The translations under genes were made by a program, and so were the position numbers. Shown piece by piece: positions 46,415 through 60,020 of a stretch of 64,000 nt of DNA. Source of the stretch: Dipteris shenzhenensis. Its lineage: Eukaryota. The notes under the pieces were generated by a model. That model saw only the letters and a program-made list of their open reading frames with translations, was not told the DNA's origin and made no database searches. The stretch's first letter is position 1; each line of letters opens with the position of its first letter. The DNA is taken from NCBI GenBank assembly GCA_047967505.1, contig CM106538.1; one strand, given 5' to 3'.

Positions 46415-49046
46415 TGTTGAGATATGGTGCCATCAACACATAGATTAAAGGGCAAAGGTATGTGATAAGGAATGTATTAAAGTAGCCACCCTAAGATGTG
46501 GACTACATGATGTGGAGATGTGGATTGAGGATATCCACAAGGAGAGATGTGGATGAGAGGATCCCACATGGTTTGACTATTCTAAAGGCTCTCTCTATAT
46601 AAGAAGCCTATCATGTATTATTGAGAACACATATTGCAAGAGATATAGATTTGCTATCTCCCTCTCATGTCTTATTTAGTGTGCTTTGAGCCTCCTTAGT
46701 TCTTCTGTTGATCTTGTGTGCACTAGGTTTCGCACGATCTTGCATTCTTTCTCATGGTATCAGAGCATAGGTTTAGCTCTCCTAGTTTAGCTCATTAGTA
46801 GTTCACTAGGATTGCTTCCATTCCTAGATTAGTTTCAAAATGTAGGATTAGTTTTAGATCTCGAGATTCTTGTGAGAATTCATTGAGAGAAAGAGTGAGA
46901 GAAATCCATCTTCTTGAGACAATTTCCATTTGCTCAATAGAATTTCCATCCATTTAAGATATTTCCATTCACGTGAGAAAGAGAGAGATATGCTCCTTCA
47001 TTTCTGTGATAGAATTATGTTTGGGAGAGAGAGCATCTATATTCTCCTTGTTGCAAGAGAGAGAGAGACAGGAAGTGCAACTTCAAAGGTTTTCGACCTT
47101 GTTGTAGATCTAAGGCTCTAAGGATTCTCCATCTCCAAAACGACCTAGCATACGCAGCTAAGCAATGCCAGCAACAACTAGCAACATCTACACCAAGCAG
47201 TGACTACTACAACTGACTCGACCAAAAGCCAGCCTCGCCTAATTACCTTTGATGCCTCTCCAATAGCGCTCCCAGTCTCCAGTCTCCCGCGTCCTTTAAC
47301 ACTGCTCCTGCAAGATCACCCCTCTCTAGACGCGACCTTGACTGACGATAGCTCAAAGCTCCAAAACACAAAGCAGCCAAGCTAAGCGCGCTTCCTAGAT
47401 ATGGCAAGCTCCGGTTTGCGTGATTTCATTGAGGGTTTGGCGGGATCCTTATCCATATCGAAAACAACACCAATGCCCAATCATAATAATTAGATTCATC
47501 CCCTGAGCGAATGCTGCTTCATCTGCCTCCCTCTACAAGTGGCTTGCACTCGCTCTTCCTCTCTCCGAAATTCACAACAAAGCACCATATTGATTTCACA
47601 CATACACAGACTCTGGTTGAATTCTTCGATATATCCAAGATCGATTGCACTGTAGAGATGACCAAGCACCGTTGGAACTCTCTGTACAGCCTCTACACGG
47701 CCCATCCATTGATGACCAGTAACTTACAGCCAGGCAACCCAACTGCAAATGCGATGACTATCTCCTCATCTCCATCGATCGACAATTGCTCAAGCAACTC
47801 ACGCGATAGCACGCACACATCCCCGACTCGGACAACAGCGAGAAGACTTCTTCTTGTTCTTGCGATAAGGAATGCCAATGATTTCTTCTTGCGATGAGGA
47901 TGACAGATTGTTTGCAGAGATTTGGTCACAGTTTTGGCTAAGGGCTACACGTGGCACATAGAATGATTAGGGTGTAGTCAATCTCTAGGTTTGGTTAGCC
48001 ATGTAATGGTCAATTTTTTGCCACGTGGCAGATCGAACTTGAACCATGGTTAAGGCTTATGGTTAGGGGTAGGATTAGTTAAGGGCCACCTAAGTACAAA
48101 AACCTTTTACTAAGCATAGTGTGAGTGCATCATGTGAACAGCCAAGCCACATCATCAAGGCTCCTTCTTCTTCACAAAAACTTCGACAAGGCATAACTTC
48201 CAATCGAGGAAGAATTTGCACACACTCCAAAAAGGAAAAGTGATCGTGTTTTTGAGCTCTACGTGCCTGTCAAGTCAGAATCATTGTATGCAATTAGACA
48301 CCACCAATATTGAAAGAAATCAATTGGTAAGACCTTTGCAATAAATGATAAAGCAAAGCATGAATGCACACATTGATGTCATAAGCATGCCAAAAGCACA
48401 AGTGCATGAGATGACCATAGCACGAAGCATGGCATCCACACATAAAGCATCAAGGCACATGGAAGAACAAAGCATCATGCATCAAGCTACATCAAGCGAA
48501 GAAACGAACGCCATCGACATCAAGCATTGAGAAGCAACATCCTTTCGACCTACAGCCCATATGAAAGCACCCAGGGGAGGTATTGACATGTCAAAGCCAC
48601 ACTTGACCACCTTAAGTAGCAATGAATGCACTAAGGGGAGGTGATGGAATGTAACTTACATCTGACCACCTTATAGTAGCCAAAGGATCATGGCACCAAG
48701 GGGAGGTGTTGAGATATGGGGCCATCAGCACATAGATTAAAGGGCAAAGGTATATGATAAGGAATGTATTAAAGTAGCCACCCTAAGATGTGGACTACAT
48801 GATGTGGAGATGTGGATTGAGGATATCCACAAGGAGAGATGTGGATGAGAGGATCCCACATGGTTTGACTATTCTAAAGGCTCTCTCTATATAAGAAGCC
48901 TATCATGTATTGTTGAGAACACATATTACAAGAGATATAGATTTGCTATCTCCCTCTCATGTCTTATTTAGTGTTCTTTGAGCCTCCTTAGTTCTTTTTT
49001 TGATCTTGTGTGCACTAGGTTTAGCATGATCTTACATTCTTTCTCA
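46415..49046 (+). mobile_element. Non-autonomous LTR retroelement (TRIM/LARD-like)
   Basis: 340-bp LTRs 46415-46754 and 48707-49046 (TG..CA); PBS TGGTATCAGAGC 46755-46766; PPT AAGGGGAGG; no recognisable coding domain; probable TSD TATCA with 3 extra nt on the left. Confidence 0.92.
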
Positions 49047-49370
49047 TATCAGAGATCTATAATTTCATGGAAGCCTGTGTTATGTGCTAGCTTTTGATGA
49101 AATTATAAATCTTTCCAAGTACACTTCGGTAGCCAGTGGAACAAGATCAAGAGGAAGAGAGGATTACAAAGAATATTACTATCTCCTAAGTGTACAGGAG
49201 ATATATAATTTCATAGAAGCATGTGTTGTGTGCTAGCCTTTAATGAAACTATAGATCTTTCCAAGTATACTTTGGCAACCAGTGGAACAAGATGAAGAGG
49301 AAGAGAGAATTACAAAGAATATTACTATCTCCTAAGTGTATGGGAGATATCTATAATTTCATGGAAGGCT
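49047..49370. repeat. ~140-bp tandem repeat (first unit at ~46285-46411, split by the LTR element)
   Basis: GTGCTAGC..ATGAAA..CTTTCCAAGTA..CAGTGGAACAAGAT.AAGAGGAAGAGAG..TACTATCTCCTAAGTGTA occurs three times. Confidence 0.9.
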
Positions 49371-49679
49371 ATAAAGTGTGTTTCTTTTCATGTGTGGAAG
49401 ATGTGGACCGTCATATTCTACTTAATGCTAGTTAGGACCTAAATTATGATGCTAGCGACTTGCTTTTGAAGTCCTTGAAAAAAATCATCATATTAAAGTC
49501 TTTTTGCCCAAGTACTACCCTCTCCAAGTTAATTATATGTACATCATTCAAAGTCACAACTAGGAGAGGCTATTCTATTAGCTTTACTAAGCAATTGACA
49601 TCATCCTCGGGCACTATGAGGAACTTATTTTTGAGCTTTAGTCTGAATCCCTATGTCAGTCCAGCATCTGCAAAAAATA

Positions 49680-52600
49680 TGGGACTGAAGTGTTTCATTC
49701 CCTCACAAAATATGCTCTCTTCCCCTGCCCAACACAATTTCTGCAATATGGAGGGACTTTCTCAAGATGACCAGCAGAACAAGATCTTCTCAGATCTAAT
49801 GGTGACCCTAGTGACAACTACCAGCAAGAGCTCAGGCCCCATGTATATGAACCCCTTCTTCCCACCCAGAGTTTTGGAAGCAAAACTCATGGCACATGAC
49901 AGCAAGGTCTGGGACCTGCATGACATGAACCTTCTAGTCCCATTCCACATTGACACGTGGCTATTTCTCATGGATCTCATACAGTCTACTAGGAACATCA
50001 AATTGGAAGCAAAGCAAGTCGCTCAAAACTTTGACATCCCGATTATATATAGCCATGCACTCGCCAGTTTCTTCTCTATGGCTATGTTTACAACAGGCAG
50101 ATGCCCTTCCTCAGTGGGGGTATTCGTCGGTAGATGCAAAAGCAAGATCAACGAATTAGAAAGGAAATCCTCAAAGTATGTCAATGACATTTTCAATGTG
50201 GGGAGACCATATATTAAATGCAGATGCAATGAGGAAAGAATGGACTGTAAAGCCCAACCACTCTGGTTTGACCGCACCATATGGTTCACAGTTAACAATC
50301 TGGTTACCTTCTTCTCGGGTAGACCTTTGAAAGTAGCCTTCAACTCCTTTTTACTGTTTATGAAGACCCCATATATGATACTGTTTGGGAAGGCATCCAT
50401 CACCTTCATGTACATGAGGGAGTTGATGCTTACAATAGTACAGAACCTTGAGAAGAGTCCCTCACTATCGCTGCTCCCATAACCATCCCCCGGGGTCTGC
50501 TCATATGGGGAGAAAATTATAAGAGGGCAGGAGAGCAACAGCCATAGAGCAATAAACCCTTCAAAACGAGGCAGATTCTAGTCACGTGGTAATGCAAGCT
50601 ATGGGAGATCCAAGATGCTAAACCAGCCCAATCACGTACCCCGAAGCAGATTGAATGGCAAAAGAGTGCAAAGAGCTCAATCCACTTGGACACTGGAGAA
50701 TCTCAGGTAAAATCCTTAAAGACTATGAGAGGTGGCAAGACAATGTCCTTTACCAGAGACAGCAATGCAAAAATGCCAGTTAAGCACCTTTTATATGATG
50801 ACCAGGATTGATATCTTGCAGGTATGCAACTCCCCCTCAAAAAGCCTTGTTTTCCTCCCTCATGGGGAGCTTACCCTAACCACTCACCACATGAAGAAAA
50901 AAAGAAAAGGATTTATTATTTATTAAAACATCATATTAGGGAATTTGGGAAAATCCCAAGTCCCATTTTGCAAAGATCTTAAAATGGGGGCACGATGAAC
51001 CCTTTTAAGATTTTGTCAAATCCCCCTCATGTAACATATAATTGGAAACGTCTTGAAGAGTAGATTCTAAAGTAACAAACTTTGCCAAATTTGAAGTTTT
51101 GATACTCAAGATACAATAGTAACTAGATTGAAAAGAAAAGTCCCAAAGTATTGGGATTTTCCCAAACTTCCTAATATCTTTGGAATTTAATAACCCCCTT
51201 CTTGATTTTTTCTCCATAAAGAAACTACTTTCTGACTTTTGTTTGAGTCATGATTTACAATTGGCTAATGGATATATAAGAGATGCCTCTATTAGCTGGT
51301 CCTTTAAAGATAATCTAGGAGCAAAATTAATGAAACCATGGCGGGTCTTTAGAGATGAGGGGAACATATCATGTAACTACCTTGATCCTAACATGGCTAG
51401 ATTCATTAACAAAACCTGGAACCATGTGGTAACATTGGATACTGCCCTAATTCTGAATGGGCAACTCTGTAATGAAGTGCAAAAAGCCTTGAACCACATC
51501 CCAAGGGAAGGATTGTAATTGGACACTCTTTATACCATAATGCAAGCTTGGCAGCAACTCATAAACTTAGTAGACGAAGGGGAGGAAGGGAACCCTCGGG
51601 AATTAACAAAGCGTTTTAAAATTTTGCAAGAGAATTCTTGAGACACTTGATAGAGTCAAAGATCCCCCCAAAAGGGGAACCCTTAACCTTTTCTTGCTCA
51701 AATGGGGTACAAAAGGAAGTGGACCGGATCACATTCGCATTCTAATCACCTCCATAGATAAATCAGCATCCACACTAGCATTTGTATGCACTAAGCTTGC
51801 CTTCTCACTAGCATATGAGAGACTACACAGCCCAGACTTTGTCTAGGTAGAGCATGGGGACTCCCTAGGCCGACTAGCCAAGGGCATTCTAGCCTTTTGG
51901 GTATGTCCACACATTGAGCGACTTTCACTACCTTACTTGATGTGCACATACAAAGCACATAAGAGCTCTTTTAGATGGATAACTCATGGATAATCAATGC
52001 CCATGCTTGTGTCTTCTCAGAGATAGTGGGATTCATTTTTTTATCACTTTAGGCATGCTTAGAACCCCTTATGATAGCTAATGCAAGGTTACAGGAATCG
52101 ATCATGGATGACCTTGGAGTCCCATCAAAAGCCTTTTGGATCGTCAAATTAGTATATGACACGAAGATAAATCTACCAAACTCGATAACATGTGCATTTA
52201 CAGTAGACATTGGGAAATGTTTTGAGAACATCCCACTACAAGGAGAAATGGGCCTAATTTGAGTAATGGAACAAGTGATATCTCTAGCCTTCTCTTGTTC
52301 GGGGAAGAGATTCATTGCCCCCCAGAAACAAGGAAATGCAAAATGGTGATGAGTGTGAGGCCAAGGCATACACCATCCACTTCAGAACCTGAATTAATTA
52401 AAATGAATACATGGCTCCTTTGCAATATGCACCTTTGTTTAGGGGGAATGACATATAAACAAATCTCAAGGATCCCCATGGGATTTGCTTGCTCCCCCCT
52501 TTGGTGCAACCTGCACTTGTTTTGGTTCGAATACTTCACCAAGAGACTTTGGCACCTTAAAGAGGAACAAGCCTTAGGAAACTTTAGGCACTCAGCAAGG

Positions 52601-52900
52601 TGCATGGATGATATTCTCTTTATCAATGTACCAAACCTAAGGCAATTCTTGGATCCATCTACAAAAAAAGACTCCAACAACCTATATTGGATTTACCCAT
52701 TGGACTTCCTGGAGATAAAGGAAACAACCAAGGCATACTCTCCCAACACACACTAAGAACCCCAAGGAACAAAAGTTTCCTTTGTAAACATGACCATTAC
52801 AATAGTACACCCCGGCAATGGAATAGTAGTCATGCGTAGATTTGATAAACTTGAAGAACTTGATTACAAGGTATGCCAATACATTCAATGGGATGGGAAC
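49680..52900 (+). mobile_element. Degenerate Penelope-like retroelement (long ORF with PLE-type RT)
   Basis: IDKSASTLAFVC; YKAHK..FRWI; DIGKCFENIP; YKQISRIPMGFACSPLWCNL; RCMDDILFIN; IYPLDFLEIKET. Confidence 0.7.
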
Positions 52901-55149
52901 AAGCCAAAATCCTTTTTGGAAAGTGAACAATGAAAAATGAAGCCTTGTGAGGTAGGACTTGCAGGCTAAATAGCACACTTACTCATTCAAAGTCCAAAAT
53001 GAAATTCAATTCATGCATTGGCATTTAGATTAGTGTACAATCCTTGTTCATATTACTTATCGCCACATCTTTTTGGATGACCAAATTATCAAGGAGTTTC
53101 ATTTCTACATTTTTTATGATAAAACACACGACACTCTTTTTGTATAGCATTGCCTTTTGCTTCACTGCAAGTGGCTTGAAGGACAAGGGGTACAATTCAA
53201 AAGGAAATGGGTGTGATCCGATGGAGCAACATCTCAGTTTAAGGCAACAAGACCCATTTACTTTGTTGCTAAATTATTTACATTAACCAATGTTGAGATG
53301 ACTTGGAACTTATTTGGATCATGCCATGGCAAAGGAGAACACGATGGTGCAGGTGTAGTGATTAAAAGGGCCCTTGCACATGAGCAGCTCAAGATTGATG
53401 GTGTGGTATTGAAGCAAGCAGTTGATGTAGTGCAATTTTTAACAAATTCATTGAGTACTACTACATCTACTAGTTCCAAGCGTAAGGAAGGACCATCCAA
53501 AAGAGTGTTTTGAGAGATCAAGTTTGGTGAAGTAGATAGAACTAAGACATGGGGTTGTGCAAGGGTGGAGGGATCTTGAGGATTGCATAACATTCAAGGA
53601 TTTTGCAAACATGATGCAACACAATTCAATCCTACTATTGCCATGCATGCATGCACAAAAGGTGGAGATCATGTGAATGTCCAAGCTTGGGCATCGAGCA
53701 TTCTTTCTCCAACTGATGAGGTATTAAGTCAAGAAAACATAGTTGAAGAACCTATCTATGAGGGTTGTGAGCACTTGCTAAGTGATCTGCTTGTAGAGGG
53801 AGACAATTTCGCAGTGAATGTTGAGGAGAGAAACAATGAGGGTGTGGACTTTTTCATTCTAAAATGTAGCCATGCAAAGCAAACAGCCGGGAAAGTGCTT
53901 ACATACAAGTGGGGCACTCAGTGTGGCAGAAGATCACACTATGTTACTAGATATGGTACTATGTACAATGCAGTGGCCATCAATATTGTTTGCTCGATAA
54001 CAAGCCAGTCGTGATTATCTTTTCTCACCTTGTTAGAGTCATGAGATTCGACATGGAATCAGTGGATCCCAAAAGTAACATATACTACCTATCCTCGCAA
54101 GTACACGAGTTGATCTACAATACATTACCCTAAATGTGAGGCAAATGTCCGAAACATTTCACCAATCTTTTCAGTAACAACCAATCCAAACCTTTTTTTT
54201 GTGCATGGTTCACAGGGTTGTGCAAAATATTGTCAAAAGATGATCTGTTGTGTTTTATTTTAGACCTATTTTGCTCTACTATTATGTTCCATCTCTTCTA
54301 TTGAATGCACAAACAACTTAAAAAAATAACAGAGTCAATGTTAAAAAAACCAACAATATTGTCATCCTCCAATTTCAGTGCTCTTCTTTTCTGAAGACAA
54401 CCATCCACACAATAGCTCTAAACTTATCTTAGTCTATGTGATCATAAGGTCAATCAACATGAACAGGAGCATTACTCCCAAAGTCCAGTAAAATAGTAGT
54501 CTACAACTCAGCACATGGATATCCTTAAAGAAAAAATACCAACCAATCCCACTATTGCAACCAAAATTTTTGGGCTTCTTATATTTGATTATGGGTTCAA
54601 CATATTTGGGCACAAATGAAGAAAGTGTCTTAATCATGGTGCAACATAATCATTACAAATAGTCAAATAGGGCACAACCAATTCAGTGCTATATAACACA
54701 TATACTAACTGATTTCTTGCTATATAGCTGATCTATTGACAAATAGTATCCAATTTTGTGCTATATGGTAGTGACAATAACCGATTCAGTGTTATCTAGA
54801 AGATATACTAACTATTTTGGTGCCATATAGATGATCTATTGATAGATAGTAACCAATTTAGTGCTATATAGCACACACAATAGCTTTTATCCATGTTAAA
54901 TCAACTGCATAGTATTAAGATAGAACTTGTGAATGTGCAATCTGCACTATAGCATAGACAAACATCACAAGATAACAATTGAATATATGTTTAATTACAA
55001 AAAGAACGCCTCTCATGTTGTGTACTCACAAAATGGTGGTAACATTGCTCTATGGGCATGGATACCTCATCCTTTGGATTACTTAACTTTTTCATTTTAC
55101 AAAAAGTTTCTGTAGTCATGTGCACTATTCCACATAGCCAGCCAGTATA

Positions 55150-55720
55150 TCAACATTTTTGTGAGATAAAAGGGAACCTGCTGAGACTATCCTCAAGATC
55201 AAAACTCTCAGGACAAATGGATACATCAGGGTCATTCAGGATGGACTTGTATCGCATGTCATCATCAAGAAGCAATGTGTTGTCAGGGTTGAATTCAATA
55301 TAGAACCTCCAAATGTATTCAAGATTCTTGAAGAAAATGGGTTTTTGCCAATAACTTGTAGGAACCCCAGGCACATCCCCAAACTGAAATGGTGCCTCTG
55401 TGCATTCATCTTCTAGCTCTACCAACCAAAAATTACTTCTCCTGCACAGGTTAGGAAACGCCTGTCGCATTGTATTTTCCATAGTGGTAGGTACAACTAC
55501 AAATAATTAAGCTAAACATATTTGAACATTCCTTAAGGAAGCATTCAACATTCTTTCGCACCACAACAACCTCATTTGGCTTATCCCATAGCAATTTGAA
55601 ATTCTAAGGATGCTCAATATTGGGGTAGCCTGTCCCCTTATAAATCCTGTATCTTTTTAGCAATACTCCATTCGTGTCCAAAACCAATAGTTTTGTCTTT
55701 ATACCCTCAGGGACATGTAT
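55150..55720 (-). pseudogene. FCP1/NIF-family HAD phosphatase-like domain, frameshifted
   Basis: KTKLLVLDTNGVLLKR; FFKNLEYIW..NTLLLDDDMRYKSILND; preceded by Asp/Ala-rich repeats (55850-56260). Confidence 0.72.
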
Positions 55721-58229
55721 TGTTTGTGGCATAACCCTTATTGGTTCTTCATGATGGAGTACATGCCATTCAAGCCTCCATGGTAACAACCCATTATGCC
55801 TTGCCCTACCGTGTGCATCATGTCCATTCTCAACATCAGCTATTGAATCATTATGTACATCAGCAGGGTCTGCTTCCACAATCAGCCTGTGCATCATTCT
55901 CAATATGAGCCGATGAATCCTTTTTTGCATCATCAGGGTATGCTTTTGCATCAGCCTATGCATCTTTCTCAACTTCAACTTTGTGTGCCTCTGCATCAGC
56001 CTGCACATCCTTCTAAACATCAGCATTGGATGCTTCTGCATCAACATGTGCATCCTTTTGAACATCATCCTTAGCTTCTAGATCAGCCTCTGCATCCTCT
56101 TCAACATGAGCATTGTGTGGTGATGCATCAGCCTGTGCATCCATATCAACAACAGAACTATATGCTTTTGCATCAGCCTGTGCATCCTTTTGAACATCAA
56201 CAATGAATGCTTTTATATCACATAATATCTTTGCTAATGCATCCAAATTTGCACCAAGCACTCAGTCTGCCTTCTTATCCTGTGTTTCTTCAACCTCATT
56301 AACCTGCCTAAAGTTTCCACATAATCAGTAGACCCTTCTTGTGCCTTGTCGACTTGGAAGGACATTTTCTCATCAGGATACCCTTCATCATTGTTTGTGT
56401 CCCTAGCTTGTTTAATAGTATGCTTCCTTCATTGCTTTTCTCTTTCTACTACCACATGATCTTTTCCTACATGTGAATCATCATTCAAATCATTTGCATT
56501 GCACATAGTAATTGCATGCACATTGCATTTTTGGGCAACACATAACTTGCCTTAAATATTATTGAAACATGTCAAACTAGACAAACATGGAGAGGATGGA
56601 ACACATGGTGGATCATGATTCACCAAGCATGGCACATCTTTATTATATTGTAAAAAACTCTTGCAAGATACATTGTTGGGATGCTCATCTAACTAACTTG
56701 CAAATAACTACTCGCATACAATGTATTCAATGTCATGGAAGTTCATTACACTTCAATGACATACCATTGCCTTGAGCTCTACGCTTCAAGGGTCTTTATT
56801 GTGTGAAGTGAGATAATGTAATGCCATCATCAGTGACATCCAGTGGTCCAACAAGAGCCTCATTAGGCTCCTCAATATCCAGTGCCCACCCTCTTGATCC
56901 TGCCAACTCCTCATCATCTCCATCCTCTTGTAACAATTCCTTCTCCTTCATTTTTCTAGTCACTACCCTTCCAACCTCCCCTCTGGCTTTAGGGTAATGC
57001 AACACTTTCTCTCTTCTTTTTGATTTGTCGAAGCCGACAAGTCCATTTGGAGATCATAAGCAACTGATACCACGATCCTCAAAGTAGGATGAACATTGTA
57101 TGAAATAATGAATCTTAAGGATTCATACCTTCAACCACACACGAGGGAATGCCATCATCAACTACCTCCATTGGCCCAATAGGAGTCTCCCCAAGCTCCT
57201 CCACATCTTGTGCCTACCCTCCTGAGCCCATCCAACTCATCACCTCCATCAACATGTAACCATTCCTTCTCCATTTTTCTAGTCACCGGCTTCAGGGCAT
57301 TGCAATGCCTGCTTTCTTCTTTTTAATTTCCCTGAGCTTGAAAGTCCATTTGGAGATCATATACAACTGATAGTAGGATGAACATGTATGAAATTATGAA
57401 TGTTAAAGGTTCACACCATCAACCATACATGATGTGGACCATGGTTGGACTCCACAATTGCAGAGTGGTCATGACTAGTACATACAAAAGTGGAGTCCAG
57501 ATCACTGGTCCTCCCTCTCTTAAGTGTTCTTACATCTCCACCCAGAGATTCTCCTTCACCTACATTACAAAATTAATAGTGAAAGTACTCTTATAGAAAA
57601 ATGGACGCTAAGAATAGTTCAGGATATTATCGCAATACACACTTGTAATAGGTGTCACATGCTTGCCATCAGGAGAAGTAAACTCAGGATTGAGTCAACC
57701 ATCTGCACATGAACATAAAGAAACTTCAATAATTTAACAACTAACTTGCTACAATGAAAGTAACCACACATAATTTAAAACATACCAGATCTACATGATG
57801 TTGGAATGCTAAGAATTGATTTGGATCTCTCAAAAATGGGCTCCCTACATGCACTACGTACTAATCTTTGTTGCTACATGAGCAAAGCATATAAAGTGGT
57901 ACATGTGACCGCATTGTAATTTAAACACCTTAAATGATTGAGTACCAAAAGCGAAGCCATAGGCTAAGCAGTGGCTGTAGTCACCAGACTTCAAAAGCAA
58001 ACCACCCATACCATCAACAACCAGTGGATGTGAGGGGCCTGAACTTAGCCCTAGATTCCAATTGTAAGAAAAAATCCCTGTGGGCCTGTGCCTCCTTAAT
58101 CATCATCTCTATTTCTAAAGCTGAAACTTACGAATATATACAAAATATCAAAACTTTCCAAAACCTCCAAACATATGTATTTTAATCAACCTTGTGCAAT
58201 GATACTTAGGTGCATCATAGAAAAAATAA

Positions 58230-59985
58230 TGAGCTGTGTAGCATACAAAAAGCACATGATATGTGTTATGATATATAGCTCATTCACCATGCTTGAAATA
58301 TTAGATTAAGTACTACATAGTAGAGATAATGTACATCACATGAGCTATATAGCTCATTTAGTAGGCTTGAAAGAATAGAATGAGTGCTATATAGCATAGA
58401 TAATGTACATAGCACATATTTTGAGCTATATAGCTCTTACACTATGTTTTGAAGAATAGATTGAGTGCTATATAGCATGGGATAATGTACATAGCACATA
58501 GCATGAGCTATATAGCTCATTCAGCATGCTTGAAATATTAGATTAAGTACTATATAGTAGAGATAATGTACAACACATGCGCTATATAGCTCATTCAGTA
58601 GGTTTGAAAGAAGAGATTGAGTGCTATATAGCATAGATAATGTACATAGCATATAGTATGAGCTATATAGGTACATTATGTTTGTAAGAATAGATTGCAT
58701 GCTATATAGCATGGGATAATGTACATAGCACATAGCATGAGCTAGATAGCTCATTCAATATGCTTGGAAGAATAGACTGCTTGCTATATAGCAGAGATAA
58801 TATACATAGTACACAGTATGAGCTATATAGAACATACAGTATGCTTGGAAGAAGAGATTGAATGCTATAGAGCAAGGATAATGTACATAGCACATAACAT
58901 GACCTATGTAGCTTATTCGGTAGGCTGAGAGAATAGATTGAGTGTTATATAACATAGATAATGTACATAGCACACAGGATGAGCTATATAGCTACATTAT
59001 GTTTGGAAGAATAGATTGCATGCTATATAGCATGGTATAATAATGTACATAGCACAGAGCACATAGCATGAGTATATAGCTGATTCAGTATGCTTAGAAT
59101 AATAGACTACTTATTATATAGCAGAGATAATGTACACAGTACATAGTATGAGCTAAATAGCTCATACAATATGCTTGGAAGAATAGATTAAGTGCTATAG
59201 AGCAGGGATAATGTACATAGCACATAGCATGACCTATGTAGCTTATTCGGTAGGCTAAGAGAATAGATTAAGTGCTATATAGCATAGGTTTTGTACATAG
59301 CACACAAGATAAGCTATATAGCTACATTATATTTGGAAGAGATTGTGTGCTATATAGCATGGGATAATGTACATAGCACATAGCATGAGCTATGTAGCTG
59401 ATTCAATATGCTTGGAAGAATAGACTCCTTATTATATAGCAGAGATAATGTACATAGTACATAGTATGAGCTATATAGCTCATACAGTATTCTTGGAAGA
59501 ATAGATTGAGTGCTATAGAGCTGGGATAATGTACATAGTGCATAGCATGACATATGGAGCTTATTCAACAGAGGGTGAGAGAATAGAGCGAGTGTATCTA
59601 CTAGAGATAAAGCACATAGCACACTGTATGAGCTATATAGCTCATTCACTATGCTTGAAAGATGAAATAAAGCAATATATAATAGAAATAATGTATAGCA
59701 CATAGTATGAGCTATATAATATATAATATAGCTCATTATATTATATTAATATAATATAGCTATATTATATGAGCTATATTATATTATTATATAATATAAT
59801 ATATTATACATGAGCTATATTATATAGCTCATATAATATAGCACATAGTATGAGTGATATAATGTAGCTCATGTATAATATATAATACATGCTATATATT
59901 AGAGATATTATACACAGCAAACTGTATGAGATATATAGCTCATGTAGAATGCCTGAGAGATTAGATTAAGTGCTATATAGCACAA
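58230..59985. repeat. Degenerate tandem satellite (~80-bp period) with GCTATATAGC palindromes, decaying into a TA-rich tract at 59720-59900
   Basis: Recurring GAGCTATATAGCTCATT..GAAGAATAGATTGAGTGCTATATAGC..GATAATGTACATAGCACA. Confidence 0.9.
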
Positions 59986-60020
59986 ATCAAAAATAAAATA
60001 AAATCATTTGGGAGGCTCAC

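Larger units (their letters stand above)
42738..54133 (+). mobile_element. Sola2-like DNA transposon region: degenerate spliced transposase (exons ~43056-43102, 43255-43929, ~53036-54133) with nested insertions; right end not found
   Basis: The upstream direct repeat breaks at GAGGGTTGGAGC (GRG-type terminus); FWIEQTRVTPNKKD..HPIHFL; SQFK-region remnant and WNLFGSCHGKGEHDGAGVVIKR catalytic motif. Confidence 0.65.
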
